Shown here: positions 27,106 through 27,126 of the stretch, piece by piece
How positions within the stretch are numbered: the first letter of the stretch is position 1
Layout: each line of letters starts with the position of its first letter
Assembly (NCBI GenBank): GCA_041497675.1
Contig: JBGQGY010000038.1
Coordinates: 1 to 27,126 of the forward strand
DNA from: a bacterium
Lineage (GTDB): Bacteria > Sysuimicrobiota > Sysuimicrobiia > Sysuimicrobiales > Humicultoraceae
Reading direction: 5' to 3'
Length of the DNA: 27,126 bases
Notes under the pieces: model-generated
The model's input: the letters and a program-made list of their open reading frames with translations, nothing else
The model's database searches: none
Told to the model about the DNA's origin: nothing
Position numbers and translations under genes: made by a program

Positions 27106-27126
27106 GCGAAGGACTTCGTCATCGCC

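Overview
High-GC bacterial chromosome segment made up mostly of housekeeping genes and probably spanning the replication terminus. The left side, on +, carries mutL (3' end), miaA, dapL and a long-form hflX. These are followed by lexA (-) with its own Gram-positive-type SOS box, and a 28-bp XerC/XerD dif-like site at 4874-4901. The right side is mostly on - and carries: a T-box-controlled valS; a SPOR protein; a paaFGHJ-like acyl-CoA cluster led by an Oah/MenB-like crotonase with a C-terminal Zn ribbon; ChaN and GntR; tRNA-Leu, tig, clpP, clpX and lon; and tRNA-Lys followed by an E1alpha/E1beta pair. Right of dif, the + strand carries only an orphan gene, a 7Fe ferredoxin with a large insertion, and a G1P-dehydrogenase-like plus TIM-barrel gene pair. 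The T-box and Cheo-type SOS box suggest a Terrabacteria lineage (inference only). I saw no mobile element, CRISPR array or defence system. The best leads are the dif site, a probable ATC start for hflX, the Zn-ribbon crotonase in a paa-like cluster lacking paaZ, the G1PDH/TIM-barrel pair and the ferredoxin insertion. All calls are from reading the sequence by eye; no searches were run.
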